NCBI GenBank assembly: GCA_964460655.1
Contig: CAYWSH010000002.1
Coordinates: forward strand, 1,377-65,376
Source: an uncultured Terriglobales bacterium
Lineage (GTDB): Bacteria > Acidobacteriota > Terriglobia > Terriglobales > Acidobacteriaceae
Length of the DNA: 64,000 bases
Reading direction: 5' to 3'
This document shows positions 1-9,021 of this stretch, piece by piece. Below the pieces are notes generated by a model. That model ran no database searches and was not told the DNA's origin. It saw nothing but the letters and a program-made list of their open reading frames with translations. How positions within the stretch are numbered: the stretch's first letter is position 1; each line of letters opens with the position of its first letter. A program made the translations under genes and the position numbers.

Positions 1-2210
1 CCAGCGACCCGAAAGGCGTCATGCTCACGCACCAGAACCTGCTGGCGGAGTCGCAGGCGGTGTTCGGATTTGTTGCGATCGGACCAAAAGACGCGCTGCT
101 CGGCGTGTTGCCGCTGTTCCACGCACTGGCGCAGATGGCAAACCTGTTACTGCCGCTTGCTGCCGGCGCGCGCGTCGTATTCCTCGAAGCGCTCAACACC
201 AGCGAGCTGATGCGCGCACTGGGCGAGCGTGACATCACCCTCTTCGCCTGCGTGCCGCAGTTCTTCTACCTCATCCACGAGCGCATCGGTCACAAGGTGG
301 AGCAGCGCGGCGCGGGGGCCAAGATCGTATTCGATTGGCTGAAGGGACTCTCAGCGTTCGCGCGGAGACTCGGGCTGAATCCCGGCAGAGGCCTGTTCCG
401 CGAGGCGCACAAAGCGCTGGGGCCGCGGATGCGCTATCTCGTCACCGGCGGGTCGCGCTTCGATCCGGTGATTGCGCGCGACCTGCACGCGATGGGCTTC
501 GACATCTTGCAGGCCTACGGGCTCACGGAGACCTCGGGCGGAGCGTGCGCCACGCCGCCGGGAAAGAACGTTCTCGGCTCGGTCGGACCACCATTGCCGG
601 GGAATGAAGTGCGCATCGTCGATCCGCAACCTCAGCCGGAAGGACCGCCGGTGGGCGAGGTCGCGCTGCGCGGCGGCATCATCATGAAGGGCTACTACAA
701 CCGTCCGGAAGCGACTGCGGAAGTCCTGCGCGACGGCTGGTTGTATACCGGCGATCTCGGCTATGTCGACCCGCGCGGCAACCTGTTTATTACCGGGCGC
801 AAGAAGGACGTCATCGTCCTCAGCAACGGGAAAAACATCTATCCCGAAGAGATCGAGTCGCACTACCAGCGCTCGCCGTTCATCAAGGAACTGTGTGTCA
901 TGGGCTTGCGCAACCGCCCGGGCGAGCCTTTCAGCGAGCGCCTGCACGCCGTCATCGTGCCGGACTTCGAAGCACTGCGCGCGCGCAAGATCGTGAACGC
1001 CGGAGAGGTCATCCGCTTCGACATCGAAAGCCTCTCCTCGCAAATGCCGAGCACGAAGCGCATCCTCAGTTATGACATCTGGCAGCACGAGCTGCCGCGC
1101 ACCACCACGCGCAAGCTGAAACGCTTCGTCATTCAGAAGGAAGTGGAACAGCGACGCGTCAGCGGCACAACGAGCGACGAAGCAGCGGTTCCGGCTCGTC
1201 AACTCACTGAGGCCGATATCGCATGGCTGGAAGAACCGGATTCTGCACGTGCACTACCGGCGATCCGCGCGGCGGCGAAGATCAAGAAGCCGCAGTACCA
1301 TCCCGACGATTCGCTTGAACTCGACCTCGGGCTCGATTCGATGGAGCGCGTGGAGTTGTTGGTCGCAGTCGAGGAAGCGCTGGGCGCGCACGTGGAAGAC
1401 AGCGTGGTCAGCGAGGTCTACACCATCCGCGAGTTGGTGGAGGCCGTCAAAGGAGGGAAGGGAGCGGCGAAAGACGCGGCAGGATGGGAATCGGTGCTCG
1501 CGGTCGCTCCTCCGCCGGAAGATGTGCACGAGTTCGAGCGTGCGCGGACATTCAGCGCGCCGCTGTGGTATGCGCTGGGCCGCGTCGCCAATCTTTTCGT
1601 GCGCATTTTCTTCCGCCTGGAAGTGAGCGGGCTGGAGAATCTGCCGCGGGAGGGTGCATACCTCATCTGCCCCAATCACCAGAGCTTCATGGATCCGCCG
1701 GTCGTCGGCTGCGTGCTGCCTTGGCACGTCTTCCGCCGGCTGTTCACCGTGGGCACGAGCGAGATCTTCGGCGCAGGCTTCTTCCGTTCGCTGGCGCGCT
1801 CGCTGCGCCTATTCCCTGTGGATCCTGACGCGAACCTCGTGCCCGCGATGCGCATCGGCGCCTTCGGCCTGCGCCGTGGCATGGTGCTGATGCTCTATCC
1901 CGAAGGCGAACGCTCCATCGACGGTGCGCCCAAGCGCTTCAAGAAAGGCGCCGGCATTCTCGCCACGCACCTGCGCGTGCCCATCGTACCGGTCGCGATG
2001 GAGGGATTCTTTGACGCCTGGCCGCGCGGCAAGAGCTTCCAGACGTTCGCCAAGCTGAAGCTACGATTCGGCAAGCCGGTTCCGCCGCCAGAGATCACCA
2101 CGACTCCCGAGGCCGCCTACGACGCGATGATGCAGGAAGTGCGCGCGCGCATTGTCACCATGTGGGAGGAGTTGCGGAACGGTAAAGCACGCGGGGCCGC
2201 AGCCGGCTGA
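1..2210 (+). CDS. Tri-domain acyl-AMP ligase / acyl-carrier (PP-binding) / PlsC-type acyltransferase; 5' end lies outside the window
   Basis: ORF 21..2210, but the frame is open back to nt 3 and reads ..SDPKGVMLTHQNL (AMP-binding core motif), so the N-terminus is cut by the window edge. Ligase motifs YGLTETSG and TGDLGY..GRKKD. Carrier motif LGLDSMERVEL. Acyltransferase motifs NHQSFMDPP (HX4D) and YPEGERS. Confidence 0.85.
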   Translation, partial: SDPKGVMLTHQNLLAESQAVFGFVAIGPKDALLGVLPLFHALAQMANLLLPLAAGARVVFLEALNTSELMRALGERDITLFACVPQFFYLIHERIGHKVEQRGAGAKIVFDWLKGLSAFARRLGLNPGRGLFREAHKALGPRMRYLVTGGSRFDPVIARDLHAMGFDILQAYGLTETSGGACATPPGKNVLGSVGPPLPGNEVRIVDPQPQPEGPPVGEVALRGGIIMKGYYNRPEATAEVLRDGWLYTGDLGYVDPRGNLFITGRKKDVIVLSNGKNIYPEEIESHYQRSPFIKELCVMGLRNRPGEPFSERLHAVIVPDFEALRARKIVNAGEVIRFDIESLSSQMPSTKRILSYDIWQHELPRTTTRKLKRFVIQKEVEQRRVSGTTSDEAAVPARQLTEADIAWLEEPDSARALPAIRAAAKIKKPQYHPDDSLELDLGLDSMERVELLVAVEEALGAHVEDSVVSEVYTIRELVEAVKGGKGAAKDAAGWESVLAVAPPPEDVHEFERARTFSAPLWYALGRVANLFVRIFFRLEVSGLENLPREGAYLICPNHQSFMDPPVVGCVLPWHVFRRLFTVGTSEIFGAGFFRSLARSLRLFPVDPDANLVPAMRIGAFGLRRGMVLMLYPEGERSIDGAPKRFKKGAGILATHLRVPIVPVAMEGFFDAWPRGKSFQTFAKLKLRFGKPVPPPEITTTPEAAYDAMMQEVRARIVTMWEELRNGKARGAAAG

Positions 2211-2213
2211 AGC

Positions 2214-3104
2214 CTACCGCGCCTTCGGGTGGGTGCGGTCGTAGACCTCAAGCACTTGCTTGACCGAGAGCTGCGTGTAGCGCTGCGTGGTGGAGAGGCG
2301 CTCGTGGCCGAGCAATTCCTGGATGGCGCGCAGGTCCGCGCCTTCTTCCAATAAGTGCGTTCCAAAAGCATGGCGCAGGGTGTGCGGATGGACGTCACTC
2401 GGCAGGCCGCGGGCGACCGCGATGCGCTTGACGATGCGGCCGACGCTGCGCGTCGTCAGCCGGCCACCGCGACGATTGATGAGTAGCGCGGGTGTCGTCT
2501 TACGTAGTGTCCTCAATAGCTCGGCACGCGCGGGGAGGTACTTTTCTAGCGCGGCGCGCGACGCGCCACTAAACGGCACGTAGCGTTGCTTGCGTCCTTT
2601 GCCGTGTACCAGTAGCGAGTCACCCGCAAAGTTGGCGTGGCCGAGGTCAAGCCCCACGAGTTCCGAGTTGCGCAATCCGCAGCCGTAGAGCAGCTCGAGG
2701 ATCGCGAGGTCGCGCTCGGGGAAAGCCGCTTCCTCGGCGGGTGACGCGTCGAGCACGGTGTTCATCTCCTCGATCGTGGGTACGCGCGGCAACTGCTTCG
2801 GCAGGCGCGGCGTGGCGACCAGCGCCGCCGGATTCTGCTCGACCACGCCTTCGCGCGCCAGAAAACGGAACAACGACCGCAGAGCGGCCAGCGACCGCGC
2901 CACCGACGTTTTGCCGAGCCCGCGCTCGTATTGGTGCGCCAGGAAAGCGCGGATGCGCAGATGGTCGATCTGTCGCGCGTCGGGATCACCAGCAAAGGCA
3001 GTGAACTGTGCGAGGTCTTTTTTGTAAGCGAGCTGTGTGTTGGGGCTCGCGTTGCGCTGGTGGAGTGCGGCGAGAAAGCGGTCCGAGGCGCGCGCGAGCT
3101 TCAT
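2214..3104 (-). CDS. xerC: Tyrosine site-specific recombinase, XerC-like
   Basis: ORF 2214..3329 trimmed to [16 protein letters not shown].. (ATG 3104..3102), which overlaps the upstream stop as ATGA. N-terminal SAM-like region (..[13 protein letters not shown]..). Catalytic region [39 protein letters not shown]. The Xer subtype assignment is by resemblance only. Confidence 0.75.
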   Translation of the reverse strand: MKLARASDRFLAALHQRNASPNTQLAYKKDLAQFTAFAGDPDARQIDHLRIRAFLAHQYERGLGKTSVARSLAALRSLFRFLAREGVVEQNPAALVATPRLPKQLPRVPTIEEMNTVLDASPAEEAAFPERDLAILELLYGCGLRNSELVGLDLGHANFAGDSLLVHGKGRKQRYVPFSGASRAALEKYLPARAELLRTLRKTTPALLINRRGGRLTTRSVGRIVKRIAVARGLPSDVHPHTLRHAFGTHLLEEGADLRAIQELLGHERLSTTQRYTQLSVKQVLEVYDRTHPKAR

Positions 3105-4045
3105 GAGCGCCGTCCGCGTGGGTGATGGTTCTGCACCACGCTCTTGAGCCGATCGAGGGCGACGTGCGTGTAGACCTGCGTGGTCGAGATGTCGGCGTGA
3201 CCGAGGATGGTCTGCACCGTACGCAGATCGGCCCCACGCTCGACCATGTGGGTGGCGCAACTGTGACGCAGCATGTGCGGGCTCGCCGGGCGACCCGACT
3301 TGCGTGCCGCCGCCCGTACCATCTGCCATACGCGTTGCCGCGTAAGCTTGTGTGCGCCACGAGCAAGGAACAATTGCGGCGAAGTCTTTTCGCCGGCGAG
3401 TAGCGGCCGAGCGGACTGCAGATAAGAAGTGAGCGCCGCTTGTGCAGCCGCGCCGAGCGGAACGATGCGCTCTTTGTCACCCTTACCGCGCACCAGCATG
3501 TAGCCGAGATCAAGTTTCAGGTCACCACTGCGCGCGTTCACGAGTTCGGAAACGCGCAGCGCACCGGCGTACAAAACCTCGAGCATCGCACGATCGCGTA
3601 CGGCCTGCGCTTCGGAGATTACATCGGGCCGGGTGGGCTGGGGCGCGGCCACCAGCGCATCGACCTCTCCGGTCGCCAGCGCCTTGGGCAAGACCTTCCA
3701 CTGCCGCGGCGAGTCGATGTTGACTGTCGGATCGTGCGCGATGCGGCCATCGAGCAGAAGATGTTTGTAGAAGTGGCGCAGAGCACTCAGCTTGCGGGCC
3801 GCGGAGCGAGCGTCGAAGCCGGCAAGTAATTGCCGCTGGTGGGCGGCAACATCGTCACGCCGCGCGCTGCCGAGCGTACGCCGCCGCCTAGCCACGAATG
3901 CCGCGAACTGCCGCAGATCGCGCGCGTAGGCCGAGAGGGTAAGCGGCGCCAACCCTTTTTCGACGCGCAGGTAATCGAGGAAGGAGGCGAGCAGCGCGTC
4001 GTTGACCGGAGCGGCCACGCAAAACATTATCGGACGCGCGAGCAT
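3101..4045 (-). CDS. xerD: Tyrosine site-specific recombinase, XerD-like
   Basis: ORF 3101..4117. The start is uncertain: candidates are TTG 4117, ATG 4045 and ATG 4027, and 4045 was chosen. Motifs [26 protein letters not shown] and [39 protein letters not shown]. Confidence 0.75.
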   Translation of the reverse strand: MLARPIMFCVAAPVNDALLASFLDYLRVEKGLAPLTLSAYARDLRQFAAFVARRRRTLGSARRDDVAAHQRQLLAGFDARSAARKLSALRHFYKHLLLDGRIAHDPTVNIDSPRQWKVLPKALATGEVDALVAAPQPTRPDVISEAQAVRDRAMLEVLYAGALRVSELVNARSGDLKLDLGYMLVRGKGDKERIVPLGAAAQAALTSYLQSARPLLAGEKTSPQLFLARGAHKLTRQRVWQMVRAAARKSGRPASPHMLRHSCATHMVERGADLRTVQTILGHADISTTQVYTHVALDRLKSVVQNHHPRGRRS

Positions 4046-4123
4046 CACCCAGGTTAACCAGTCAGGTTCGTAGCACGAGAAAACGCGGGCGTTGCCGCCC
4101 GCGTCCATCCCGATCAAGCAACG

Positions 4124-6406
4124 TCAGCCGACTTTCAGGGCGTCCATCAGCTTCTTGATGTCGCCTGCGTCCGGTCCTTGCGGCGCCAGTTCCAGGGCAC
4201 GCTGTAACTCCTGGCGTGCCTTGGCTGCCTGGTTGTTCTTCGAGTACGCCATCCCCAGGTGATAGTGGAAGCTGGCGTTCTGCGGTGTTTTCTTCACGAT
4301 CGGCTCCAGCAAGTCGATGGCACTGCGGTATGCACCTTTTTTAAAGTAGGCCAGTGCCAGCGTGTCGCCGGTCTCCGGCAGTTCGGGCATGCCGTGGTGT
4401 GCCGTTTGCGCCAGCGTGAGGGCCACGTCATCCTCGCCGCCGCGCTGGAGCAGCAGATATGCAAGGTTATTGGCCGCCAGCGCATTCTCCGGCTGGATCT
4501 CCAGGACCTTCTTGTACGTCTGTTCGGCCTTGGCCTTGTCGCCCGAGCGCGCATACAGCACGCCGAGCGAGAGCAGCACGCCGGGATCGTTCGGCCGCAA
4601 CTGGATGTAATGCTCGAAGCTGGCGATGGCCTGCGGGAGCTGCTCTTGCGCATACTGGATCTGCGCCAGGAGGAGCGTACCCGCAAAGTTCGTGGGCTCC
4701 ATCTGGATGGCTCTGCGCGCCAGCGGTTCTGCCTCGGCGAACTGCTTCGCTTGGGCCAGGCGCTGCGCCTTCATGATGATGAATCCCGCGTTGTTCGGCG
4801 CGCGCTCGATCTGCGCCGACAGACGCGGCAGCACCTTGTCGCCCTGCTTCAGCGCTTCATACAAGCCGAGGAGGTTCTGCAGGGCTTCCAGGTTGTTCGG
4901 GTCGCTCTGCAGCGCCCGCTCGAAGAGCTGCTCGGAATCAGTGGCGCGACCTTGGCCGGCGCGGACCTCCGCCAGCTGCGTCAAGGCCTGCGCATGGTTC
5001 GGTTGCAGCTCCAAGACCTTGTTCAGGTCGTTCTCCGCATCCTGCGGGAGCTTGCGCCAGTACTCGGAGCGCGCCCGTATCAGATAGCCATCCACCAGCT
5101 TCGGACGCTCCCGCACGATCACGTCGGCCAGGGTGCCAGCCAGGGCCCACGCCTGGTGATTCAACGCCGCCGGGGCCAGCCGCAGGTGGGCATCGACCAG
5201 TTGGGGCCAGATGCGCATCGCTTCGCGCCACTCCACCTCAGCTTCGGTGGGCTTGTTGGTCGACGCCAGCGCATCACCGTAGTAAAGGTGCGCGGGCGCG
5301 TTGGTGGCATCGTCCTTGATGAGGTCGGTCAGGTTGGCGATCGCGTCCTCCGGCTTCTTCTGCGCCAACAGGATCCGCGCCTGGTTGACGCGCGCGTCGA
5401 TGTACCTTGGGTTCCGCTTCAACAAGGCCTTATTAAGCCCATCCGCCTCGTCCACCTGGTTCTTGCGGATCAGCACATCGATCAAGGCCGCGGCGACGGT
5501 GTTATCCGAGGGGTGATCCTTGGCGAGAGAACGCAACTCGGGCAAGGCCCGATCGAACTCTCCGCGGTTGAGCAGGTACTGCACCAACGCCGTATAGGCG
5601 GCCGGGCTATCGGGCTCAGCGCTCCGTGCCTCGCGCAACACGCGCTCCGCGTCGGCGTCGCGTCCTTGTGCACCGTAGAAAGATGCCAGCTGCGTGCGCG
5701 TGGCCGTGTCCTTCGGGCGGGTGATCAGGATGCGCTTCAGGATCTGCTCGGCCTCGTCATTGCGTTTCTGTTGCTGGTACAGCTTGCTGAGCTCCTGCAT
5801 GGCCTGCTGGGAGGCTGGGTCGATCTCCAGCACCTTCTTGAAGCTGGCTTCAGCGTCCGCCAGCTCTCCGGCGTTCCGCTGCAGGACACCCTGATTGAGG
5901 AAGAGATTGGGGTTACGGGGCTGCGACTCCATCGCCTTCTTCATCTCGGCATAGGCATTCTGCTTGTTGCCGAGCAAGGCGTAAGCGTTGGCCAGCAGAG
6001 CGCGGGCCTGCACATTGTCCGGGTCGCGTTTGAGGATCTCTTCCGCCCGTTCTTGTGCTTCCTTGCCCATGCGTGCGCCGACGTAGAGATTGCCCAGGTC
6101 GAGCTGCGCCTGTAGGTTGCTGGGATCGAGCTCGACCGTTTTCAGCAACTCGCGGAATGCGCCCTGCCAGCCCTGCGTGCGCAAGTACATCGTCGCCAAC
6201 TCATAGTGCGCGTCGGCGTACATCGGGTCGGTCTGCACCGCGTTGGCGAACTGGATCATCGCTTCGCGGTATTGACCCTTCTCGGCGAAGCGGCGACCAC
6301 TATCCATATAACGCTGCTTGCGGACGTTGGGATCGCGGCTGCATCCGATGGCAAAGGCCAGCAGGAGCGCCACGGCGGCGACGCTCCAGAACCTCGACTT
6401 ACGCAT
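4124..6406 (-). CDS. TPR-repeat lipoprotein, PEP-CTERM-system PrsT-like (copy 1)
   Basis: 760-aa ORF. Signal peptide plus lipobox LLAFAIG|C. The remainder is TPR-like helical repeats (..A.YNLG..Y...G....A...). It shares the post-lipobox string CSRDPNVRKQ.Y.DSG.R with the next gene and lies next to xrtA/epsI. Confidence 0.8.
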   Translation of the reverse strand: MRKSRFWSVAAVALLLAFAIGCSRDPNVRKQRYMDSGRRFAEKGQYREAMIQFANAVQTDPMYADAHYELATMYLRTQGWQGAFRELLKTVELDPSNLQAQLDLGNLYVGARMGKEAQERAEEILKRDPDNVQARALLANAYALLGNKQNAYAEMKKAMESQPRNPNLFLNQGVLQRNAGELADAEASFKKVLEIDPASQQAMQELSKLYQQQKRNDEAEQILKRILITRPKDTATRTQLASFYGAQGRDADAERVLREARSAEPDSPAAYTALVQYLLNRGEFDRALPELRSLAKDHPSDNTVAAALIDVLIRKNQVDEADGLNKALLKRNPRYIDARVNQARILLAQKKPEDAIANLTDLIKDDATNAPAHLYYGDALASTNKPTEAEVEWREAMRIWPQLVDAHLRLAPAALNHQAWALAGTLADVIVRERPKLVDGYLIRARSEYWRKLPQDAENDLNKVLELQPNHAQALTQLAEVRAGQGRATDSEQLFERALQSDPNNLEALQNLLGLYEALKQGDKVLPRLSAQIERAPNNAGFIIMKAQRLAQAKQFAEAEPLARRAIQMEPTNFAGTLLLAQIQYAQEQLPQAIASFEHYIQLRPNDPGVLLSLGVLYARSGDKAKAEQTYKKVLEIQPENALAANNLAYLLLQRGGEDDVALTLAQTAHHGMPELPETGDTLALAYFKKGAYRSAIDLLEPIVKKTPQNASFHYHLGMAYSKNNQAAKARQELQRALELAPQGPDAGDIKKLMDALKVG

Positions 6407-6425
6407 TGCTAGCTCCGTTCTGTTG

Positions 6426-6445
6426 GGGCGCCGTGCCCGGCGCCC
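6426..6445. other. GC-rich stem-loop between the two TPR genes
   Basis: GGGCGCCG-TGCC-CGGCGCCC is a perfect 8-bp stem with a 4-nt loop. There is no U-tract on the transcribed (minus) strand, so it is not called a terminator. Confidence 0.35.
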
Positions 6446-6465
6446 AGCTGTGCGGCGTGGCCTTC

Positions 6466-8751
6466 CTAGCTCTTCCCCAGTTCGTCGAGCGCCTTGCGCG
6501 CATCGTCAGCGTGCACGAACTTTGGGTCCAACTGCAGCGCTTTCTGCAGATGCACACGCGCGCTCGTCTTATCGCTGTTCTTTTGATACGCCAGACCGAG
6601 GTGATAGTGGAAGCTGGGGTTGTTGGGTTCTTTCTTCAAGGCCTCTTCCAGCAGGTCGATGGCGTTGCGGTACGCGCCCTTGTGATAGTACGCCCAGGCG
6701 AGCGTGTCGGCCGTGCTCGTTATGTTGGGCAATCCGGTGCGGGCCGTCTGCGCCAGGGTGAGCGCCACATCATCGCTGCCGCCGCGCTCCAGCAGTAGGA
6801 ACGCGAGATTGTTCGCGGCAATAGCGTTGTCCGGCTGCCGCTCCAGCACCTTCTTGTACGCTGCTTCTGCCTTGGTCTTGTCGCCGGCGTTATCTTGCGC
6901 CGAGCCTAGTAACAGCTGCAGGCCGATGTCGGACGGGTTGATCTGCAGCGCGTCCTCGTAAGTCTTGATCGCCGCGGCCGCTTCGCCGCGGTTCAACTGC
7001 ACGGCGGCCAGCGCGCGGGCGGCTTCGACGTTGTTCCGATTCACCTCGACCGCCTTCTGCAGCGCGGTCTCCGCATTCGGAAGGTCCTTCATGACCTCGG
7101 CGTACACGCGGCCCTTCATGTAGTAGAGCGTCGAGCTGTTCGGAGTCTTGGCGATCTGCTGGTCGAGCGCGTCCAGCGCCTTTTGCGGCTGCTTCTGCAT
7201 TACGTGCATCCGCACGATCGCCTGCAGCACGTCGGGGCTTGCCGGCGCGATCTCATGCGCCTTTTCCAGCATGCTGGCCGCCTCGGCGAACTTCTGCTGC
7301 GACAGCCGCATCTCGCCCATCATCAGGTATCCCTGCGCGTTCTTCGGGGCGACCTCGATGGCCTTTTTCAGGTCGTCTTCCGCTTGCTTCTCCTGCTTGT
7401 GCCCGAGCGCAGCACGCGCGCGGTAGATGTAGCCGGTGGGAAGATTCGGTCGCGCGCTGATCAGTTGTTCAGCGCTGATGGAGAGCTGGTCCATGTTGTT
7501 GGTCGCCAGCGCACGCTCCGCCAGGCGCTGATGGGCCTCCAGATATGCGGGACGCAGACGCACGGCTTCGCGCCACTCCGTCTCGGCGCTCTCGGGCTTC
7601 CCCGCCAACATGTAGGCATTTCCGAGGTAATAGTGCGCCACGGGATTGTCGGCCTCGCGCTTGATCACGGCCGCGAGGGCGTCCACGGCGTCGTTCGGCT
7701 TGCCGCGCTCCAACTGCACCTGCGCCTTGAACAGCGTGGCTTCCAGGTCCTTGGGATTGTCTTTCAGGATCTCGTCGGCGAGTTTGCCGGCCTCGTCGAA
7801 GCGACCCCGCAGCAGCAGCATCTCGGTGTACGACTTCTTCACCTTGACGTCTTTCGGATGGTCTTTCAGCAGCGAGCCGAACTCTTCCAGCGCCTTGTCG
7901 AAGTTTCCGCGGCCCACGTAGAAGTCGCCGAGCATGCGGTAGCCCTCAGGCACGTCGGGCATCGCCGCCTTGGCTTCGCGGAGCGACTGCTCTGCCTTGT
8001 CGGGTTGCTCCTGGGAAAGGTAGAAGCGGGCCAGTTCCATGCGGGGGCCGGCGTTCTTCGGCGCGATCTGTACTGCTTGTTTGAATTCCTGCTCGGCCTC
8101 GGGTACTCGCTTCTGCCGGACATAGAAGTGCGCTAGCGCCAACGGTGCGGTCACTGACTTGCTATCGAGCGAGATGGACTTCTTGAAGTTTGCTTCGGCT
8201 TCCGCCAGCTGATTGTTGTTGGTCTGCAGCACCGCGAGGTTCATGTAGAACCCGGCGTTGTCGGGCTTCAACTGCAGCGCTCTGTTCATCTCCTCCAGCG
8301 AGTCGGCGCCCTTGCCTTGCGCCGCCATGAGGTTCGCCGCCAGGGCGTGCGCCTCGGGGTTGTTGGGTTCCCGCTTCAGGACCATCTCGACGCGCTCGGT
8401 GGCGCGCTTGTAATCGCGGCCGACCAGCAGGAGGTTGCCGAGGTCGAGCTGCGCCTTCGTGTGATTGGGGTCGATCTCCACCGTGCGCAGCAGCTCGCGG
8501 TACGCGTTCGTGAGGGCACCCATCTTCGCGTATGCCTGCGAGAGCTGATAGTGCCCCTCGGCGAACTTGGAGTCGATCTGCACCGCGTTGGCGAACTGGA
8601 TCGACGCCTCGCGGTACTTTTCCTGCTCCATGTACCGCTTGCCGCTGTCGAGGTATTTCTGCTTGCGGACGTTGGGATCGCGCGAGCATCCCGTCAACGC
8701 TCCGAAAGTGATCGCAAGAAGAACGAATACTACCCAATAACGATTGCGCAT
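6466..8751 (-). CDS. TPR-repeat lipoprotein, PEP-CTERM-system PrsT-like (copy 2)
   Basis: ORF 6466..8829 trimmed to MRNRYWVVFVLLAITFGALTG|CSRDPNVRKQKY.. (ATG 8751..8749, GGAG 7 nt upstream). It has a lipobox and TPR repeats throughout, and is a paralogue of 4124..6406. Confidence 0.8.
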   Translation of the reverse strand: MRNRYWVVFVLLAITFGALTGCSRDPNVRKQKYLDSGKRYMEQEKYREASIQFANAVQIDSKFAEGHYQLSQAYAKMGALTNAYRELLRTVEIDPNHTKAQLDLGNLLLVGRDYKRATERVEMVLKREPNNPEAHALAANLMAAQGKGADSLEEMNRALQLKPDNAGFYMNLAVLQTNNNQLAEAEANFKKSISLDSKSVTAPLALAHFYVRQKRVPEAEQEFKQAVQIAPKNAGPRMELARFYLSQEQPDKAEQSLREAKAAMPDVPEGYRMLGDFYVGRGNFDKALEEFGSLLKDHPKDVKVKKSYTEMLLLRGRFDEAGKLADEILKDNPKDLEATLFKAQVQLERGKPNDAVDALAAVIKREADNPVAHYYLGNAYMLAGKPESAETEWREAVRLRPAYLEAHQRLAERALATNNMDQLSISAEQLISARPNLPTGYIYRARAALGHKQEKQAEDDLKKAIEVAPKNAQGYLMMGEMRLSQQKFAEAASMLEKAHEIAPASPDVLQAIVRMHVMQKQPQKALDALDQQIAKTPNSSTLYYMKGRVYAEVMKDLPNAETALQKAVEVNRNNVEAARALAAVQLNRGEAAAAIKTYEDALQINPSDIGLQLLLGSAQDNAGDKTKAEAAYKKVLERQPDNAIAANNLAFLLLERGGSDDVALTLAQTARTGLPNITSTADTLAWAYYHKGAYRNAIDLLEEALKKEPNNPSFHYHLGLAYQKNSDKTSARVHLQKALQLDPKFVHADDARKALDELGKS

Positions 8752-8812
8752 CCTTTGGCTCCAACTAGATATTTGCCGATCAGCAGGCAAGATTCGAGAC
8801 ATTGCAATTATT

Positions 8813-8828
8813 TGCAATCCGTCCGCCA
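8813..8828 (-). promoter_or_regulatory. Candidate sigma-54 (-24/-12) promoter for the TPR lipoprotein gene
   Basis: The minus strand reads TGGCGGA-CGGA-TTGCA, compared with the consensus TGGCACG-N4-TTGCW. The GG and GC dinucleotides have canonical spacing. It lies about 60 nt upstream of the ATG at 8751. Confidence 0.5.
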
Positions 8829-8933
8829 CTCGCGGCGGGTTTGGGGGATAGTGGAACTCCTTATATCACAACTCTTTGGCGGTGATGCAGCGAAAATCAG
8901 CCCCGTCGGGCCGTGCAGTCGCTTGTCAGTCAA

Positions 8934-8951
8934 TATGCAGCGTCTTGCACA
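8934..8951. promoter_or_regulatory. Imperfect dyad TATGCAGC-GT-CTTGCACA (TGCA-N6-TGCA), candidate activator site
   Basis: It is centred about 115 bp upstream of the TGGC of the 8813..8828 element. It has the same core and a similar distance as the perfect dyad at 9891..9908. Confidence 0.35.
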
Positions 8952-8971
8952 CACAAGAAGCGGATTTCAGC

Positions 8972-9006
8972 CAGAAAACGAAACCCCCGGCCGCGGCCGG
9001 GGGTTT
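8972..9006 (-). terminator. Rho-independent terminator of the PEP-CTERM protein gene
   Basis: Perfect palindrome AAACCCCCGGCCG/CGGCCGGGGGTTT (8981..9006). On the minus strand it is followed by TTTCGTTTTCT. It starts 16 nt after the stop codon at 9022. Confidence 0.8.
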
Positions 9007-9021
9007 GACGACTCGTTCTGT

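Noticed and set aside
2214-3329. Maximal-ORF N-terminal extensions of 2214..3329, 6466..8829, 22800..24125, 24351..25199, 35954..37546, 51959..52972, 54507..55640, 57714..58799 and 12896..13567.
   Set aside because: In each case an internal Met gives the family-typical N-terminus (signal peptide, Rossmann GxGxxG, ATGA coupling or a good RBS). The upstream extension is Arg/Pro-rich and often overlaps the neighbouring gene.
2214-4117. The tandem tyrosine recombinases as markers of an integrated mobile element or genomic-island boundary.
   Set aside because: I saw no flanking direct or inverted repeats, tRNA gene, excisionase or transposase, and no compositional shift. The sequences look XerC/XerD-like. 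This is kept only as a synteny curiosity.
4259-6115. Long ORFs antisense to well-supported genes. Examples are 4259..6115, 7183..8136, 12884..13996, 15394..16833, 16641..17684, 18032..19375, 20511..21476, 22135..23307, 23010..24131, 26675..27886, 27902..28837, 32149..33543, 42615..43766, 44694..45842, 51965..52993, 54546..55769, 55658..56833 and 59446..60165.
   Set aside because: These are typical stop-codon-poor shadow frames of GC-rich DNA. Their translations are Arg/Ala/Gly/His-rich with no recognisable motifs. The opposite strand carries clear family signatures in every case.
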